A DNA stretch of 64,000 bases from an uncultured Gammaproteobacteria bacterium (GCA_964433095.1 CAYSPW010000003.1:7034-71033); one strand, 5' to 3'; shown: positions 34,795 to 46,263, counted from the first letter of the stretch. The notes: a model not told the origin generated them from the letters alone. Numbers and translations: made by a program.

Positions 34795-36606
34795 ATGTCC
34801 GATACGCAGTTAATAAAAGATAAAATTGATATAGTTGATTTCATATCAGAATATGTACAGCTTAAACCGGCCGGTATTAATCACAAAGCATGTTGTCCTT
34901 TTCACCAAGAAAAGACACCGTCTTTTATGGTAAGTCGCGAGCGACAATCATGGAAGTGTTTCGGCTGCGGTAAGGGCGGAGACATATTTACATTCGTGCA
35001 GGAACTGGAAGGTATGGAGTTCGTGGAAACGCTTAAGTTTTTAGCCGATCGGGCCGGCGTGGAATTGTCTCACCGTGTCAGTGAAATTAATTCCAGTCAG
35101 AAGAACAGAATTAAGGATATCAATGGTGAGGCGTCTCGCTTTTTCCATAATTTCCTGTTCAAGATGCCCGCTGCCGTCGTTGTTTTGCGGTACCTGGAGC
35201 GGCGCGGTTTAAATTATGATTCTATTGCCGAATGGAAAATCGGATTTATACCCGATCAGTGGGATTTGTTAACTAAATATTTGTTGAAAAAGGGATATGG
35301 AATAGACGATTTGGTCGCGAGCGGACTAACCATTCAAAAGCAGGGCACGAATGAGCAAAGCCGGCGTGGGTACTACGATCGATTCCGCGGACGGATAATG
35401 TTTCCCATTTGGGACGTGCACGGCGTTGTATTGGGCTTTACCGGGCGTATATTGGTTGAAAAGGAAAATAGCGGTGGCAAATACATAAACACTCCGCAGA
35501 GCCTGGTCTACGATAAATCCAGAGTGATATTTGGTCTGAATAAAGCCAAACAGGATATTAAAGCCAGGGATTTAATAGTGATGGTCGAAGGTCAAATGGA
35601 TGTCATTTCGTCTTTCCAGGCCGGAGTAAAAAATACGGTCGCGTCGAGCGGCACGGCATTAACGCAAATGCAAATTAAGCTGCTCAAGCGCTATTCAAAA
35701 AATATAAACATGGCTTTTGACAGCGATGAGGCGGGAATTAAAGCGGCGCGCAGAGGAATTGAAACGGCTCTGAAAGAAGGTATGAACGTGAAAGTTATTC
35801 AAATTCCGCCGGAAGCAGGCAAGGATCCGGATGATTGCATCAGACAGGATCCGGCTACGTGGATAAAGGCGGTCAAGAGTGCTAAAGAAGTAATGGAATG
35901 GTATTTTGAAATGGCCTTCAGCGGTAGAGAGGTGTCCAATCCCAAGCACAAACAAATGATTGCCGATGAACTGTTGCCCGAGATAGATAATATCGCTTAC
36001 GCGGTGGAAAAAGACCATTGGCTGCGCGAATTATCTTATCGGCTCGCTGTGGAGTCGGATATATTGCGTCAAGACCTGACGCGTTTGCGCAAGCTGCGTC
36101 ATAAAAAGCTTGATCGTTTACACGCGCGAATTTCACCTCAAGAAGATGAAAAAAAAAGTGAACTGGCGGAAAAAGACAGACTGCATTTGTTGACAGAAAA
36201 ATTATTGGCGTTGTGGTTGAAATTTCCCGGCTTGATGAACAAGTATTTTATTCGCGCCGATGAGCAGGCTTTATCCACAACCGTCTTCGCGCCTCTTTAC
36301 GAATTGATCAAACAAGAGTATAATGACAGCAAAGCAATAGATATAGAGCTGCTTCGGGCCCGTTTCAGTGACGGGCAACATGAAGAGAATATAGTGGACA
36401 GCCTTCTCATGAAAAGCGAGTGGGTTATTACTGTTATTTCCGAGGAACAAGCCGAGGAGGAAATTGTCAGTTTAGTTGACAGTGTAAATAAAGAATGGAA
36501 GAAAAAAGTTAGATCCAAATTGCAGCGCCAAATCGAAGAGGCCGAAAAACAAGGAGATAATAAGCGTATTGAACAACTTTTGCATGAGTTTAATCAGTTG
36601 AATTAA
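34795..36606 (+). CDS. dnaG: DNA primase
   Basis: CPFHQEKTPSF...CFGC, DRFRGRIMFPI, KYINTP, EGQMD, FDSDEAG, KDPD. Confidence 0.98.
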   Translation: MSDTQLIKDKIDIVDFISEYVQLKPAGINHKACCPFHQEKTPSFMVSRERQSWKCFGCGKGGDIFTFVQELEGMEFVETLKFLADRAGVELSHRVSEINSSQKNRIKDINGEASRFFHNFLFKMPAAVVVLRYLERRGLNYDSIAEWKIGFIPDQWDLLTKYLLKKGYGIDDLVASGLTIQKQGTNEQSRRGYYDRFRGRIMFPIWDVHGVVLGFTGRILVEKENSGGKYINTPQSLVYDKSRVIFGLNKAKQDIKARDLIVMVEGQMDVISSFQAGVKNTVASSGTALTQMQIKLLKRYSKNINMAFDSDEAGIKAARRGIETALKEGMNVKVIQIPPEAGKDPDDCIRQDPATWIKAVKSAKEVMEWYFEMAFSGREVSNPKHKQMIADELLPEIDNIAYAVEKDHWLRELSYRLAVESDILRQDLTRLRKLRHKKLDRLHARISPQEDEKKSELAEKDRLHLLTEKLLALWLKFPGLMNKYFIRADEQALSTTVFAPLYELIKQEYNDSKAIDIELLRARFSDGQHEENIVDSLLMKSEWVITVISEEQAEEEIVSLVDSVNKEWKKKVRSKLQRQIEEAEKQGDNKRIEQLLHEFNQLN

Positions 36607-36638
36607 TTTAAATTCAACATAATCATTTAGGTTTTTTC

Positions 36639-37994
36639 ATGCCTAAAAAAAAGAGTACAACCAAAAAAAAATCCGCGCTCGGAAAAAAATCCGCGCCGGT
36701 CAAAAAAAAGGCGGTCAAAAAAACCGTCCGCAAAACTAAAAAGGCGAAAGCAAAAGTCACGCCAAAGAAAAAAACTTCCAAACGCACGGCCCGCAAGTCA
36801 TCAAAACGGGCCGCACAAAAAAAGCCTGCCGAAAAAACCGGCAGAAAAAAAACAAAGAAAACAAAGAAAACAAAGATCACCGCGCCCGTTGAGGATTTGA
36901 GCGAGCCGAGCGAGAGAGCGGTTTGGGAGCTGGCGCAAAAAGGTCGTCAGCGCGGTTTTGTTACTGAAACCGAAATTTTGCAAGTCTTTCCATATGTTGA
37001 ATACTACATTAAGGACTACGAAGGATTTTTGGATTTAATGGCCAAAAATAGCATTTCAGTTGTACAAATGCGAGAAGGTTTACTTGGACAAAGAGAAGAA
37101 AAAAGAGATATATTATCTGATTTGCAAGGCAAGCAGCCGGATATGGAGGGGTCATTTGATTTGGGCTCAATTTCCGAAGATTCAATTCAAATGTATTTGC
37201 GTGAAATCGGTAAAATTCCGTTGCTGACGGCGGAAGAAGAGGTGGTTTTGGCCAAAGGCAAAGAACGCGGCGATAAAAAAGCGGAAAGGAAAATGATTTT
37301 GGCTAATTTGCGTTTGGTGGTTTCCATTGCCAAAAAATTTGTGGGCAAACAGTTGTCTTTGCTCGATTTGATTCAAGAGGGAAACATCGGGCTGTTCCGG
37401 GCGGTTAAAAAATTTGATTACCGCAAGGGATACAAATTTTCAACCTACGCCACCTGGTGGATCAGGCAGGCTATAACCAGAGCTTTAGCCGACCAGTCAA
37501 GAACCATCCGCATTCCGGTGCATATGGTGGAAACCATAAATAGATTTAATCAGCGTCAGAGAAATTTGCTGCAGGATTTGGGCAGAGATCCGACCCCGGA
37601 AGAAATGGCAGCCGAGCTGGGTGAAGACTTGGATAAAGTGAAGCAAATTATAAAAATTTCTCAGGACACAATTTCATTGGAAACGTCAGTGGGTGATGAT
37701 GACGATGATTCGGCGTTGGCTGATTTCATTGAAGATATCAAAAATGTATCACCGTCCCACTCGGCCGGCGTGGCTTTGCTCAAGGACTATATTGAAGAAG
37801 CGATACAAGACTTGTCGCCGCGCGAACAAAAAATATTGGAGATGAGGTTCGGATTAAAAGACGGAGTTACCCATACTCTGGAAGAAGTGGGTAGGGAATT
37901 TGATGTTACCAGGGAGAGAATCAGGCAGATAGAGGCCAAGTCTTTGGAGAAGATTCAAACTTATGATATTATTAACAAGCTAAGGGATTATTGA
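36639..37994 (+). CDS. rpoD: Primary sigma factor with a Lys-rich N-terminal extension
   Basis: [55 protein letters not shown]. Confidence 0.97.
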   Translation: MPKKKSTTKKKSALGKKSAPVKKKAVKKTVRKTKKAKAKVTPKKKTSKRTARKSSKRAAQKKPAEKTGRKKTKKTKKTKITAPVEDLSEPSERAVWELAQKGRQRGFVTETEILQVFPYVEYYIKDYEGFLDLMAKNSISVVQMREGLLGQREEKRDILSDLQGKQPDMEGSFDLGSISEDSIQMYLREIGKIPLLTAEEEVVLAKGKERGDKKAERKMILANLRLVVSIAKKFVGKQLSLLDLIQEGNIGLFRAVKKFDYRKGYKFSTYATWWIRQAITRALADQSRTIRIPVHMVETINRFNQRQRNLLQDLGRDPTPEEMAAELGEDLDKVKQIIKISQDTISLETSVGDDDDDSALADFIEDIKNVSPSHSAGVALLKDYIEEAIQDLSPREQKILEMRFGLKDGVTHTLEEVGREFDVTRERIRQIEAKSLEKIQTYDIINKLRDY

Positions 37995-38031
37995 TTTTTG
38001 CGGCATTCCGTCTTAGTGTAATATTTACCGC

Positions 38032-38065
38032 AAAAAAAAGACGCTGATTGACGGCTTCTTTTTTT
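38032..38065. terminator. Bidirectional terminator between rpoD and the SOD gene
   Basis: A-tract, weak stem, T-tract between convergent genes. Confidence 0.45.
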
Positions 38066-38087
38066 GTCTGCTTTATTCAATCCGGCT

Positions 38088-38669
38088 TTAAAAAAGTTTA
38101 AATACTCGCCACCAGTTGTCCACATATTCGCCTCTTTGGTTTTGATATTTTAAATAATACGCGTGCTCCCATAAATCAATATTAAAGACGGGTTCATGTC
38201 CCAAAGTGTAAGGCGAGTCTTGATTGGGTAGAGAATAAGTTTGCAGATTTCCATCTTGATCGCGTGCCAACCAAACCCAGCCGCTGCCAAAACGCGACTT
38301 GGCCAATTCTGACATTTGCCGTATCAGCCGGTCAACCGAGCCGAAAGTCTGCTTCACTTCATTTTTAAGTTCTTGGTTCATTTCTTTTTCCGGACCCATG
38401 GCCGCCCAGTAAATATTATGATTGACAAAGCCGCCCCCATAATTTTTTAATTTTTGCCGATCTTCTTCGCTGACGTCGAGGTCATTTAGATTTTTTAAAA
38501 TATCATCACTCGCCATTTGCTTGAGAACGCCGTATTTATCCACCACGGAAATAAATTTATCCAAATATGATTGATGATGCTTATCATGATGGATTTTTAA
38601 AGTTTGTTCATCAATATACGGCTCAAGCGAGTCGTATGAAAAGGGGAGTGGTTTAAATTCAAACTGCAT
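38088..38669 (-). CDS. Fe/Mn superoxide dismutase
   Basis: LEPYID...HHDKHH, NH, FGSGW.WL, NQD, DLWEHAYY. Confidence 0.96.
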   Translation of the reverse strand: MQFEFKPLPFSYDSLEPYIDEQTLKIHHDKHHQSYLDKFISVVDKYGVLKQMASDDILKNLNDLDVSEEDRQKLKNYGGGFVNHNIYWAAMGPEKEMNQELKNEVKQTFGSVDRLIRQMSELAKSRFGSGWVWLARDQDGNLQTYSLPNQDSPYTLGHEPVFNIDLWEHAYYLKYQNQRGEYVDNWWRVFKLF

Positions 38670-38844
38670 ATACTTTTATTGTTAAAAGTACTTAATTTTT
38701 AAAAAATATTTTACGTGATTAATAAATTTTACAATCGTGATATAAGATACATAATATCTTGTCAAATTAAAGCATATTTGAATTATTTATGCTTTTTGGT
38801 TATTATATATTAAACGAGTTTTAAATAATAGCAAAAAAGTAAAT

Positions 38845-39810
38845 ATGATGAAGCAGGCCATTTTGGATTTTGCGTCGCAGTTTCAATTTGAACCGCGAAT
38901 AGAAAACATGGCTAAGATGGGTCGTTTTGATAAATTTGTAGTGTGCGGCATGGGCGGGTCACATTTGGCCGCGGATTTGCTCAAAAGATGGGATCAAGAT
39001 TTGCAAGTACAAGTGCACAGCAATTACGGTCTCCCGGCCATAAGCGAAAACGATAAGCATCTTTATTTGTACATTTTCAGTTCGTATTCAGGTAATACCG
39101 AAGAAGTAATCAACGGCTATTTGCAGGCCAAAGCGGAAAATTTAAATATAGCCGTCATTACCGTCGGGGGTAAATTACTTGAATATGCCAAAGAGGATAA
39201 GTTGCCGTACATCCGGCTTCCGGATACGAGCATACAGCCGCGTTCGGCGCTAGGATTTAATTTTATATCACTGCTGCGCTTTATGTGTTTGGAAAAAGTA
39301 TTGCCACAGGCGGCCCGGCTGGCCGATATGTTAAAACCGGAAGAATACGAGCAGACCGGAGCGGAATTATCGCGAGAATTAATCGGCAAAGTGCCGATCA
39401 TTTACAGTTCACAACCGAATCGACCGATAGCATATAACTGGAAGATAAAATTCAATGAAACCGGAAAGATTCCCGCTTTCTTTAATACATTTCCCGAACT
39501 TAACCATAATGAAATGACAGGATTTGATGTGGAGCCAAACACCGAAAAATTGTCATCTAATATTCATTTTATATTTTTGCATGATGCTGAAGATCAAGAG
39601 AAAATACAAAAAAGAATGCGGATTACCGAAAGGCTCTATAGTGATCGTGGATTGAGCACCGGTTTTTTTGAAATGACCGGAAATAATATTTTGGAAAAAA
39701 TATTCAAGTCCTTGTTGGTTGCAGATTGGGTCGCACTTTACATTGCCGATCACTACGGGCTGGAATCAGAGCAGGTACCCATGGTTGAAGAATTTAAAAA
39801 AATGATTTAA
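38845..39810 (+). CDS. Bifunctional phosphoglucose/phosphomannose isomerase (SIS domains)
   Basis: GMGGS, SYSGNTEE, QPRSALG, NETGK, FPELNHNE. Confidence 0.9.
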   Translation: MMKQAILDFASQFQFEPRIENMAKMGRFDKFVVCGMGGSHLAADLLKRWDQDLQVQVHSNYGLPAISENDKHLYLYIFSSYSGNTEEVINGYLQAKAENLNIAVITVGGKLLEYAKEDKLPYIRLPDTSIQPRSALGFNFISLLRFMCLEKVLPQAARLADMLKPEEYEQTGAELSRELIGKVPIIYSSQPNRPIAYNWKIKFNETGKIPAFFNTFPELNHNEMTGFDVEPNTEKLSSNIHFIFLHDAEDQEKIQKRMRITERLYSDRGLSTGFFEMTGNNILEKIFKSLLVADWVALYIADHYGLESEQVPMVEEFKKMI

Positions 39811-39868
39811 CCGAATTATTATAACTATTTATTAAAAAATTCGTAGAATTTAATAGAATTTAGTTTAT

Positions 39869-40615
39869 ATGAATACAGAGCAATTTACACCAAAGCAAAC
39901 TTTCCTGGGAGGGTTGATAGTCGGTTTTCTACTGATCTCGACAGTGGGATTTTTCGTCATGCTGGGAATATATTTCAACGGCGAAAAAACAACTGCTGAC
40001 AGTAATTCGGAGATCGTTGCTCCGCAGGCTGATACCGGCGTTCAAAACCAGGACAATGATCAACCGGAAATTAAAGTCAAGCCGGTTGATGAAAATGTGG
40101 ATCATATTAGAGGCGAGAAGCAGGCCGAAGTAACTTTAATTGAATATTCGGATATTGAGTGTCCGTATTGCAAGAGCTTTCATGATACCGTACTGCAGTT
40201 GTATGAAGACTATGGCGAAAACGCGCGCTTCGTTTTCAGGCATTTTCCACTTGATAATCTGCATCAGAACGCGCGTGCCGAAGCCAATGCCACCGAGTGT
40301 GCCGGTGAACAAGGCAAGTTTTGGGAGATGTTGGATTTGATTTTCGCGCAAACGCGCTCAAACGACGGCCTAAATTTGGACACGCTGCCGGAGTTTGCCG
40401 AGCAGCTTAATCTGGATGTCACCAGATTCAACCGATGCGTGGAAAATATAGCATACGCGGAAAAGATAAACGCGGATCAGCAAAGCGGCATAGAGGCCGG
40501 TGCCAGGGGAACTCCTTATAGTATATTAATGGGGCCTGACGGTACCATAATACCGATCAGCGGCGCTCAGACTTACGCCAATTTATCGGCTGCCATTGAA
40601 TCCTTGTTAAAGTAA
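39869..40615 (+). CDS. Membrane-anchored DsbA-family thioredoxin-fold protein
   Basis: DHIRG, EYSDIECPYC, RHFPL, GTP, GAQ. Confidence 0.92.
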   Translation: MNTEQFTPKQTFLGGLIVGFLLISTVGFFVMLGIYFNGEKTTADSNSEIVAPQADTGVQNQDNDQPEIKVKPVDENVDHIRGEKQAEVTLIEYSDIECPYCKSFHDTVLQLYEDYGENARFVFRHFPLDNLHQNARAEANATECAGEQGKFWEMLDLIFAQTRSNDGLNLDTLPEFAEQLNLDVTRFNRCVENIAYAEKINADQQSGIEAGARGTPYSILMGPDGTIIPISGAQTYANLSAAIESLLK

Positions 40616-40709
40616 AAATTATCCCCGGCACTGTGAAGTGCTGGGTTTATTTTTCATACTATTATAGTATAGTTTAAAACGGCTAACCGAAAGTAAAATT
40701 TTTTACTTT

Positions 40710-41903
40710 ATGAAAAAAATTTTTCTACTGTGTGCGATATTATTTTCTTTTTTTGCTTGGATCGTGCCGGCGGGGGCGCGAGCCAATGTCGGGGAAGAAA
40801 GTTTTGAAAAAATAAATTTCGCGCTTTTTCATACGCAGTCCTGCCCACATTGTCGCGACGAGATAGCTTTTATTGATTCGGTGCTTATGCCCGAGTATGG
40901 TGAATGGGTGGATTTTAAGCTCCATGAGATTGGCGATCCCGACAACCAGCGCTTGCTTGATCGGTACAGCTATTATTATGGAGCACGGGTCACCGGAGTG
41001 CCGATTACCTTTATTGATGAACAAGTGGTCTACGGCTATGATGCTGAACACACGGCCGGTAAACAGTTAATTAATATTATTGAAAACAAACTGGAACAAA
41101 AAGGTATTGAGGTGAACGGACAGGATCAACAGTCGCCTGATGAACAAAACATGGTTAGTGTTCCTTTAATTGGCGACATTAACGTAAGGACTTTTTCATT
41201 ACCGCTGCTTACCTTGATAATCGGCTTGTTGGATGGATTCAATCCTTGCGCCATGTGGGTGTTGCTTTTTTTAATTTCCTTGCTGCTTGGTATTGAGGAT
41301 AGAAAAAGAATGTGGCTGCTCGGTACTCTTTTCATATTAACTTCCGGACTGGTGTATTTTTTGTTCATGGCGGCATGGCTACATTTTTTGATGTTCGTGG
41401 GCATGATATTTTTTGTCAGGATAATTATCGGATTGGTAGCGGTTATGGTCGGCGGATACAATTTAAAAGATTATTGGCGCAATAGAAAATCCGATGGGGT
41501 GGTGTGCAAAGTATCGACAAAGCAGGGAACCAGAAGTGTTTTTGAAAAGATAAAACGCGTAGTATACAGGAAAAGTTTGTGGTGGAGCATTGCCGGCATC
41601 ATGTTGCTCGGTTTTTCGGTCAATTTGGTGGAATTGGCCTGTTCAGCCGGTTTTCCGGCGATTTTCACCCAGGTGCTCGCCATGAGTGGATTGGCTGTGT
41701 GGGAAAAATATTTGTATATGATTGGTTACATTTTTTTCTATATGCTCGATGATTTGATAGTTTTTGTCATAGCCATGGTAACTTTGAGATCAAAAGTAAT
41801 GGGTAGTAAATACGCCAAGTACGCCAACTTGTTCGGCGGCTTGCTTATCTTGGTATTGGGGCTGCTGCTAATATTCAAGCCTCAGTGGCTAATGTTTTCC
41901 TAA
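40710..41903 (+). CDS. Glutaredoxin-like domain fused to a CcdA/DsbD-like membrane domain
   Basis: CPHC and GVP; DGFNPCA and VELAC in the TM region. Confidence 0.8.
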   Translation: MKKIFLLCAILFSFFAWIVPAGARANVGEESFEKINFALFHTQSCPHCRDEIAFIDSVLMPEYGEWVDFKLHEIGDPDNQRLLDRYSYYYGARVTGVPITFIDEQVVYGYDAEHTAGKQLINIIENKLEQKGIEVNGQDQQSPDEQNMVSVPLIGDINVRTFSLPLLTLIIGLLDGFNPCAMWVLLFLISLLLGIEDRKRMWLLGTLFILTSGLVYFLFMAAWLHFLMFVGMIFFVRIIIGLVAVMVGGYNLKDYWRNRKSDGVVCKVSTKQGTRSVFEKIKRVVYRKSLWWSIAGIMLLGFSVNLVELACSAGFPAIFTQVLAMSGLAVWEKYLYMIGYIFFYMLDDLIVFVIAMVTLRSKVMGSKYAKYANLFGGLLILVLGLLLIFKPQWLMFS

Positions 41904-42018
41904 TTGGTTTTTTGCATAAATTGATAAAGATGGTAAAAAATACAATGGCGGTTTTTTTTTAACTGTGCTATACTGAAAAATAGGAAAAAAATAATTCCGC
42001 ATTTTTTGGTGTTAAATT

Positions 42019-43806
42019 ATGCCTATAGAAAAATTACATCAAACCGGAACCGGAATGCAGACGGAAAAAGAAGACGTCTGTTTGTTTGCGCAGACCAATT
42101 TTCGTAACCAAATGCGGCGCTTCGGCATCAAGCTTGACGATAGACGCCGTCATACTTATGTGATCGGAAAGACCGGCATGGGCAAGACCACGCTTCTAGA
42201 AAATATGGTGCTGCAAGATATTTATAAAGGTCATGGCGTGGGCGTGGTTGATCCGCATGGTGATTTCGCGGAAAAAATTATCAACTATATTCCTTCAAAT
42301 CGTATTAATGACATAGTGTATTTCAATCCGTCCGACATTCAGTATCCGATCGGATTCAACGTTCTGGAAGTCAAATCCGAAGAGCAGCGGCATTTGGTTG
42401 CCGCCGGCCTGATGGGAATTTTTAAAAAGATTTGGCCGGACGTGTGGTCTTCGCGAATGGAATATATTTTAAATAATACTCTTAATGCTCTGTTGGAGTA
42501 TCCCGGTTCCACTTTGTTGGGGATTAATCGGTTACTGGCGGAAAAAGGATACAGAAGGCGAGTGATTAAGAAAGTGAGCGATCCGGTGATAAAATCTTTT
42601 TGGCAAAATGAGTTCGCCCAGTATAATGAGCGGTATGCCCAAGAAGCGGTGGCGCCGATTCAGAATAAAATCGGACAATTTTTGTCGGCTAACGTAATTC
42701 GCAACATGGTGGCTCAAGTTAAGTCAACAATCAACATTCGCGAAATTATGGATGAGGGTAAGATTTTAATCATGAATTTGTCAAAAGGAAGAATTGGAGA
42801 AGATAACAGCCGTCTTTTGGGAGGGATGTTAATCACGAAAATACAGCTGGCCGCCATGGAGAGAGTGGATACTCCTGAAGACCAACGAAGTGATTTTTTC
42901 TTGTATGTAGACGAGTTTCAAAATTTCGCCACTCCCAGCTTTGCCAATATTTTATCAGAAGCCAGAAAATACCGACTGAGTTTGGTTATGGCCCATCAGT
43001 ATGTTGCCCAGCTGGACGAGTTGGTGGCAGACGCGGTATTCGGAAACGTGGGCACTATCATTACCTTTAGAGTGGGTGCGGCCGATGCTGAAATGCTGGT
43101 CAAGGAATTCAGTCCCACGTTCACCGAAGAGGATATTGTTAATCTTGCCAAATATCACATATTTCTTAAGTTGATGATTAACGGCGTGGCTTCACAGCCT
43201 TTTTCGGCGATTACTTTGCCGCCGATCGGCTCTCTCACCGATTCTTTTGACAAAGTAATCAGGGTTTCACGGGAGCGTTACGGTAAGCCTCGGGAAGTGA
43301 TAGAAGATAAAATAATGCGTTGGAGCGGAATGATAGAAGAAAGTGAAGAAGATGAAGAAAGCTGGAAGAAAAGAGACAAAAGGCAAAAGAAAAGCACGTC
43401 CAAAGAAAAAAAACAAATTGATCAAAAAAAATCAAAATCGGCGGCAAAAACGGTCAAACCGACCAAATTTATGTCTTTGAAAGACTTGTCTCGCGATTCG
43501 ACCAAAAAAGCCTCCAAAGACCGGGATAAAAAACAAATGTGGTCGGTGAAACAAAAGAATAACCACAACTGGCAAGCGAGCGGACAGACTCAAAAAAATC
43601 AGCAATCGCATAAAAAAAGAGCGCCGGTAGATGATGATAAAAGTAAAAAAAAACAGATAGAAAAAAGCGGCCATAAGCAGGATAAGCAAAATCAAACACA
43701 AAAGCGGGTAGAAGATAAAAAAAGATCCGGGACGGATAATCAAGACAAGATGAAAACGCATAAGAAAGAAAAGATTGAACCGGATCAAATTGTGCGATTT
43801 GGTTAG
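42019..43806 (+). CDS. VirD4/TraG/HerA-like P-loop ATPase with a Lys-rich tail
   Basis: RRHTYVIGKTGMGKT, DPHGD, LYVDEFQ, SEARKY, AHQY. Confidence 0.88.
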   Translation: MPIEKLHQTGTGMQTEKEDVCLFAQTNFRNQMRRFGIKLDDRRRHTYVIGKTGMGKTTLLENMVLQDIYKGHGVGVVDPHGDFAEKIINYIPSNRINDIVYFNPSDIQYPIGFNVLEVKSEEQRHLVAAGLMGIFKKIWPDVWSSRMEYILNNTLNALLEYPGSTLLGINRLLAEKGYRRRVIKKVSDPVIKSFWQNEFAQYNERYAQEAVAPIQNKIGQFLSANVIRNMVAQVKSTINIREIMDEGKILIMNLSKGRIGEDNSRLLGGMLITKIQLAAMERVDTPEDQRSDFFLYVDEFQNFATPSFANILSEARKYRLSLVMAHQYVAQLDELVADAVFGNVGTIITFRVGAADAEMLVKEFSPTFTEEDIVNLAKYHIFLKLMINGVASQPFSAITLPPIGSLTDSFDKVIRVSRERYGKPREVIEDKIMRWSGMIEESEEDEESWKKRDKRQKKSTSKEKKQIDQKKSKSAAKTVKPTKFMSLKDLSRDSTKKASKDRDKKQMWSVKQKNNHNWQASGQTQKNQQSHKKRAPVDDDKSKKKQIEKSGHKQDKQNQTQKRVEDKKRSGTDNQDKMKTHKKEKIEPDQIVRFG

Positions 43807-43882
43807 CCATTGTCCCCATTCACTATTTAAATTTATTGTGATAAAATATAAATAGATAATTTTTAACTAAAAAATAATTAAT

Positions 43883-46255
43883 ATGCCACTCATTGATTCG
43901 TCACCAAAAGCCGGTTTATCAATCGGATTTTATCATAAAATTCTGGGACTGGTCTTGCATGTGCTGCTGGTTATGGGCACGCTGTTGATTCCACTATTCT
44001 ATCTGCCGTATACTGTCGGCGTACTAAACCTACCTAAGCAGTTTTTAATTTACGTTATAGTTTTGCTTGGCCTGTTGTTATGGCTGGCGCAGGCGGTACT
44101 GACCAAAAAATTGATAATACGCAGAACGGTTTTGGATATACCGATTTTGCTTTTCGCGCTTTTGGCTATAGTTTCTGCCATAGTGTCGCTCTCTCCGGCT
44201 TTAAGTTTTTTGGGCAAAACGGACAATTTTGTCATTAACGTCGGTACAATTTTATCGCTGCTATTTTGGTTCTGGTTGATAGTACAAAACGTGACTGATA
44301 AAAAAAGGCTCAATTATCTGATGTATGCTTTTTTAATTTCCGGGATTTTAGTGGCTTTGCTTTTTCTTTTCCGATCCTGGTCCGCGCTTTCCGGTATCAC
44401 AGACGTGGTTGGTAATAATTTAATCAGCAAATACAGTAGCATGTTTGCCATCTATATTGCTACTTTAGTTGTTTTTTCACTAGGTTTGTTGTTGGTTAAA
44501 GGTAGAAAAGTAACTCAGCAGATTGTGCCGTTGCTCGCCTTTGTAGTGGGAGCGATTGCATTAGTTAGGATCAGTTTCACGGTTGGCTGGGTGGTATTGT
44601 TAGTCGGTCTGGCGCTGTTGCTGGTGATCGGCATCACCATGCTGGCAGAAAGCCGAATATTTGTGTTGTCGCTCGGTTTTTTCTTTTTTCTGTTAACCAT
44701 CCTAATACTGTTCGTTGGTAGTCCACAATTTTTAAAAACCACCTTGCCTGTGGAAGTGTCGCTCGGCAATAAAACATCATGGCAGATCACCTATCAGACC
44801 GTTACCGGAGGAGTGAAACCTTTTTTGTTCGGTTCGGGTCCTGGCACATTTATTTATGATTTTTCCCATTATCGTCCGGCCTCGTTTAATATGAGTCAGT
44901 ATGCCTGGTCCACTCGTTTTCAACAACCTTTCAATTCGATCTATGCCATAATCGCCGAATTTGGAATTCTCGGGTTTCTTTCTTTTGTTTTAATGCTGCT
45001 AATGGCGGTGGGGGCGGTTTTTAGCGGCTGGCTCAAGACACGGCCATCCATTTTAAAAAGAGTAAAAAGTAGAATAGAATCAGGTGATGATCTTGACAGG
45101 GTAGAAGCTTTTATACCATCAGCCGCCTGGCTGGCTCTCAGCGTGGGTTTATTTATCACTTTTTTTGACTCTGTTGTCTGGTGGGCTTGGTTTTGGTATC
45201 TAGCCGTGGCATTAGTATCGTTGTCATTTGCCGTGCCCGAATTGATCAAAGAGAAAAAGGTCATGCTGCAGGTATCTCCACAGTATGCTTTGGCCATGTC
45301 TTTTGGCATGGTATTGCTTTTTTCCGCCATTATCATATTCGGCGCTTTCGGTGTCAGATATTATTTGGCCGAAGTTCATTATACCAAAGCTACGCGCAGT
45401 AACAGCCTGGAGCAGATGGAACAACATTTAATACAAGCAATTCAGTATCGGCCGTCGTATCCACAGTATCATATAGCGGTTGCCAGAGTTTACTTGCAAA
45501 AAGCCAAAAATATGGTGGAAGTTGAAAACTCCAGTCCTGAAGCGGTGGCGCCGGTGTTGGCTACGGCTGTAAATGAGGCTAAATTGGTTTCCAATTTTCA
45601 ACCGAGCAATGTGCAGACGTGGGATGTCCTATCCTTGATGTACTTGAATGCGCGTGCTTTTGCGCCCGAGGCCAATCAGTGGGCCAGAGATACTCTACTT
45701 AAAGCGATTGAGCTGGAATCGACCAACCCCACTTTATATTGGAGGCTGGCCAATACTTATGTTTTTGATGAAGATCTTGAAAAAGCGGAAGAAGAGTACA
45801 AAAAAGCGATTGAGCTCAAGCCTGACTATGTGGATGCTTATTCCGAACTTTCAAGAGTGTACGAAGTGCAGGAGCGCTATGATGAAGCCATTGATCTTTA
45901 TAATCCCATAATGGGCGCGGTCAGCCAGTCTCCGTCACTGCTTTTTGACCTCGGACGCCTGTTCTACAATCGCGAGGCGGAAGGGGACAGGCAATTGGCC
46001 GAACAGGCTTGGCTGAGAGCAGTGGCACTTATGCCTGATTATTCCAACGCGCTGTATGGATTGGCTGTACTCTATGAGAAGACCGGCCAGACAGACAAAT
46101 CAATTGAGTACTATTCAAAAGTGCAAGAATTGAATCCGGATAATCAAGATTTGCGCGCCAAGTTGCAGACCTTGACCTCGCCTCCGCCTCCTGCCCCCGT
46201 TATTCCGGAAGATGAAGTGGTCCAAGGGGAGGATGAACAAGTAGATGGCACTTAA
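43883..46255 (+). CDS. O-antigen-ligase-like polytopic membrane protein with C-terminal TPR repeats
   Basis: About 12 TM segments, LFGSGPGTF, AEFGILG; TPR repeats from about aa 490. Confidence 0.8.
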   Translation: MPLIDSSPKAGLSIGFYHKILGLVLHVLLVMGTLLIPLFYLPYTVGVLNLPKQFLIYVIVLLGLLLWLAQAVLTKKLIIRRTVLDIPILLFALLAIVSAIVSLSPALSFLGKTDNFVINVGTILSLLFWFWLIVQNVTDKKRLNYLMYAFLISGILVALLFLFRSWSALSGITDVVGNNLISKYSSMFAIYIATLVVFSLGLLLVKGRKVTQQIVPLLAFVVGAIALVRISFTVGWVVLLVGLALLLVIGITMLAESRIFVLSLGFFFFLLTILILFVGSPQFLKTTLPVEVSLGNKTSWQITYQTVTGGVKPFLFGSGPGTFIYDFSHYRPASFNMSQYAWSTRFQQPFNSIYAIIAEFGILGFLSFVLMLLMAVGAVFSGWLKTRPSILKRVKSRIESGDDLDRVEAFIPSAAWLALSVGLFITFFDSVVWWAWFWYLAVALVSLSFAVPELIKEKKVMLQVSPQYALAMSFGMVLLFSAIIIFGAFGVRYYLAEVHYTKATRSNSLEQMEQHLIQAIQYRPSYPQYHIAVARVYLQKAKNMVEVENSSPEAVAPVLATAVNEAKLVSNFQPSNVQTWDVLSLMYLNARAFAPEANQWARDTLLKAIELESTNPTLYWRLANTYVFDEDLEKAEEEYKKAIELKPDYVDAYSELSRVYEVQERYDEAIDLYNPIMGAVSQSPSLLFDLGRLFYNREAEGDRQLAEQAWLRAVALMPDYSNALYGLAVLYEKTGQTDKSIEYYSKVQELNPDNQDLRAKLQTLTSPPPPAPVIPEDEVVQGEDEQVDGT

Positions 46256-46263
46256 GTAATACA

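Noticed and set aside
36623-36880. Phe-rich antisense ORFs opposite Lys-rich regions (also 43432..43819 and 9716..9910)
   Set aside because: Artefacts of AAA/AAG-rich sense codons
42019-43806. Conjugative element implied by the VirD4/TraG-like ATPase
   Set aside because: No relaxase, integrase, oriT or mating-pair genes; housekeeping context
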